DNA of 64,000 nucleotides from Hydrogenophaga sp. (GTDB taxonomy: Bacteria; Pseudomonadota; Gammaproteobacteria; Burkholderiales; Burkholderiaceae_C). Made by a program: the position numbers and the translations under genes. The notes under the pieces were generated by a model. The model worked only from the letters and a program-made list of their open reading frames with translations. It made no database searches and had not been told where the DNA came from. This document shows, one piece after another, positions 62,627 to 64,000 of the stretch. Location of the stretch: the NCBI GenBank assembly GCA_020048405.1, contig JAIFMP010000021.1, positions 13,077-77,076 of the forward strand, written 5' to 3'. The first letter of the stretch is position 1, and each line of letters opens with the position of its first letter.

Positions 62627-63514
62627 ATGGCAATTACCGCAAGCATGGTCGCTGAACTGCGCGCAAAGACCGATGCACCCATGATGGAGTGCAAGAAAGC
62701 TCTGACTGAAGCTGATGGCAACATGGAGAAGGCTGAGGAAATTCTTCGGGTCAAATTGGGCAGCAAGGCTGGCAAAGCTGCAGGTCGTGTGACAGCTGAA
62801 GGCGTAGTCACGGCCCATGTTGCAGGCACAGTTGGCGCCTTGGTCGAAGTCAATTGCGAAACAGATTTCGTTACGAAAAACGATATTTTTCTTGACATGT
62901 GCAAGAGCATCGCCGAGCTGATTGCAATCCATAACCCCGCTGATTTGGCTGCAGTGGCTGCCTTGCCTCTGTCCGCCGAGGGTTTCGGTCCCACAGTTGA
63001 AGATGTGCGCAAGGGTTTGATCGGGAAAATTGGTGAGAACATGAGCATCCGCCGCTTCAAGCGGTATTCCAACGGTGGAAAACTGTCCAGCTATCTGCAC
63101 GGCACCCGGATTGGCGTTGTCGTTGAGTTCGACGGCGACGAGGGTGCTGCCAAAGATGTTGCGATGCACATTGCCGCTATGAAACCCGTGTCGTTGTCAA
63201 GCTCCGATGTGCCTGCCGAGTTGGTGGAGCGAGAGCGTTCTGTCGCTCAGGCCAAAGCGGCCGAATCGGGCAAGCCTGCTGATATTGCCGCCAAAATGAT
63301 TGAAGGGTCCGTCCAGAAGTACCTGAAAGAAGTGAGCCTCTTCAACCAGTCGTTTGTCAAAAATGACAAGCAAACGGTAGAGCAAATGCTCAAGGCGGCA
63401 GGCACCACCGTCAAAGGTTTCACTATGTACGTGGTGGGTGAGGGCATTGAAAAGAAAGTTGATGACTTTGCGGCTGAAGTGGCTGCACAGGTCGCGGCCG
63501 CTCAGACAGCGTAA
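62627..63514 (+). CDS. tsf: translation elongation factor Ts
   Basis: 295 aa. The N-terminal UBA-like [38 protein letters not shown] and the dimerisation domains match EF-Ts. Confidence 0.97.
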   Translation: MAITASMVAELRAKTDAPMMECKKALTEADGNMEKAEEILRVKLGSKAGKAAGRVTAEGVVTAHVAGTVGALVEVNCETDFVTKNDIFLDMCKSIAELIAIHNPADLAAVAALPLSAEGFGPTVEDVRKGLIGKIGENMSIRRFKRYSNGGKLSSYLHGTRIGVVVEFDGDEGAAKDVAMHIAAMKPVSLSSSDVPAELVERERSVAQAKAAESGKPADIAAKMIEGSVQKYLKEVSLFNQSFVKNDKQTVEQMLKAAGTTVKGFTMYVVGEGIEKKVDDFAAEVAAQVAAAQTA

Positions 63515-63583
63515 GTTTGAAAATGCCGGTGTCGTTCTGATACGGGCATTTTGACAGTCACATCACAGAAAACCATCCAATCC

Positions 63584-64000
63584 ATGCCAGCATACAAACG
63601 CATTTTGTTGAAATTGTCAGGCGAAGCTCTGATGGGCGACGACGCTTTTGGCATCAACCGAAACACGATTGTCCGTATGGTGGAAGAAGTTGCTGAAATC
63701 ACCCGCCTGGGCGTCCAGGTCGCGGTGGTGATTGGCGGCGGGAACATTTTCCGTGGTGTGGCTGGTGGTTCCGTAGGGATGGATCGGGCCACCGCAGACT
63801 ACATGGGAATGCTCGCCACCGTGATGAACTCCTTGGCGCTCGCTGATACCATGGACAAAGCGGGCTTGGTAGCAAGGGTGATGTCAGCCATATCCATCGA
63901 GCAAGTGGTTGAGCCCTATGTCCGACCGAAGGCGCTACAGTACCTTGAGGAAGGCAAAGTTGTTATTTTTGCGGCCGGTACCGGGAATCCATTTTTCACG
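63584..64000 (+). CDS. pyrH: UMP kinase (C-terminus beyond window)
   Basis: ATG at 63584. The translation [25 protein letters not shown]......V.E......[14 protein letters not shown]........[17 protein letters not shown] matches PyrH, and the frame is open to the window end. Confidence 0.95.
   Translation, partial: MPAYKRILLKLSGEALMGDDAFGINRNTIVRMVEEVAEITRLGVQVAVVIGGGNIFRGVAGGSVGMDRATADYMGMLATVMNSLALADTMDKAGLVARVMSAISIEQVVEPYVRPKALQYLEEGKVVIFAAGTGNPFFT

Overview
High-GC chromosomal segment that looks betaproteobacterial (Burkholderiales/Comamonadaceae-like; inferred only from gene content and protein signatures, since no database search was possible). Most of it is core-genome sequence. Reading left to right:

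- **1-2.2 kb:** Phe/Tyr catabolism (hppD-phhB-phhA).
- **2.4-7.2 kb:** a TPP enzyme, a SWIB-domain protein with a histone-like tail, rraA, a TauE exporter, and a 6S RNA next to zapA.
- **7.3-16.2 kb:** a cobalamin-riboswitch-controlled B12 uptake and late-assembly operon (btuB, two BtuF-like genes, btuC, a frameshifted btuD, cobS, cobC, cobQ).
- **16.1-33.4 kb:** a roughly 17-kb exopolysaccharide locus in three transcription blocks. It carries Wza/Wzz/BY-kinase-type export genes, a secreted glycoside hydrolase, an outer-membrane beta-barrel, TagA-type and GT2 transferases, wecB, wzx and a wzy-like gene.
- **33.4-38.7 kb:** nth, a phosphoethanolamine-transferase-like gene, an aminotransferase broken by a 19-bp tandem duplication, a thioredoxin-like protein and serB.
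- **38.8-41.7 kb:** an uncharacterised four-gene operon headed by a J-domain protein.
- **42.2-50.3 kb:** mfd, a Tat-signal cyanophycinase, ispDF, and ompR with a disrupted envZ-like kinase.
- **50.5-55.4 kb:** bdhA, a hydrolase overlapping relA, tRNA-Val and phaR.
- **55.5-64 kb:** rimO, tRNA-Leu, rnr, yggT, nnr, rpsB-tsf-pyrH.

I saw no CRISPR array, IS element, integrase or recognisable defence system.

The observations most worth following up are:
1. A two-motif MshEN-like (c-di-GMP receptor) signature at the N-terminus of the EPS BY-kinase-like ATPase.
2. The J-domain operon with three helical or acidic proteins of unknown function.
3. Three independent out-of-frame lesions in otherwise conserved genes (btuD, the aminotransferase, envZ).
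4. The SWIB plus H1-like protein.

All coordinates and starts were derived by hand and several starts are uncertain. Many long ORFs in the track are antisense or N-terminal-extension artefacts of the high GC content.
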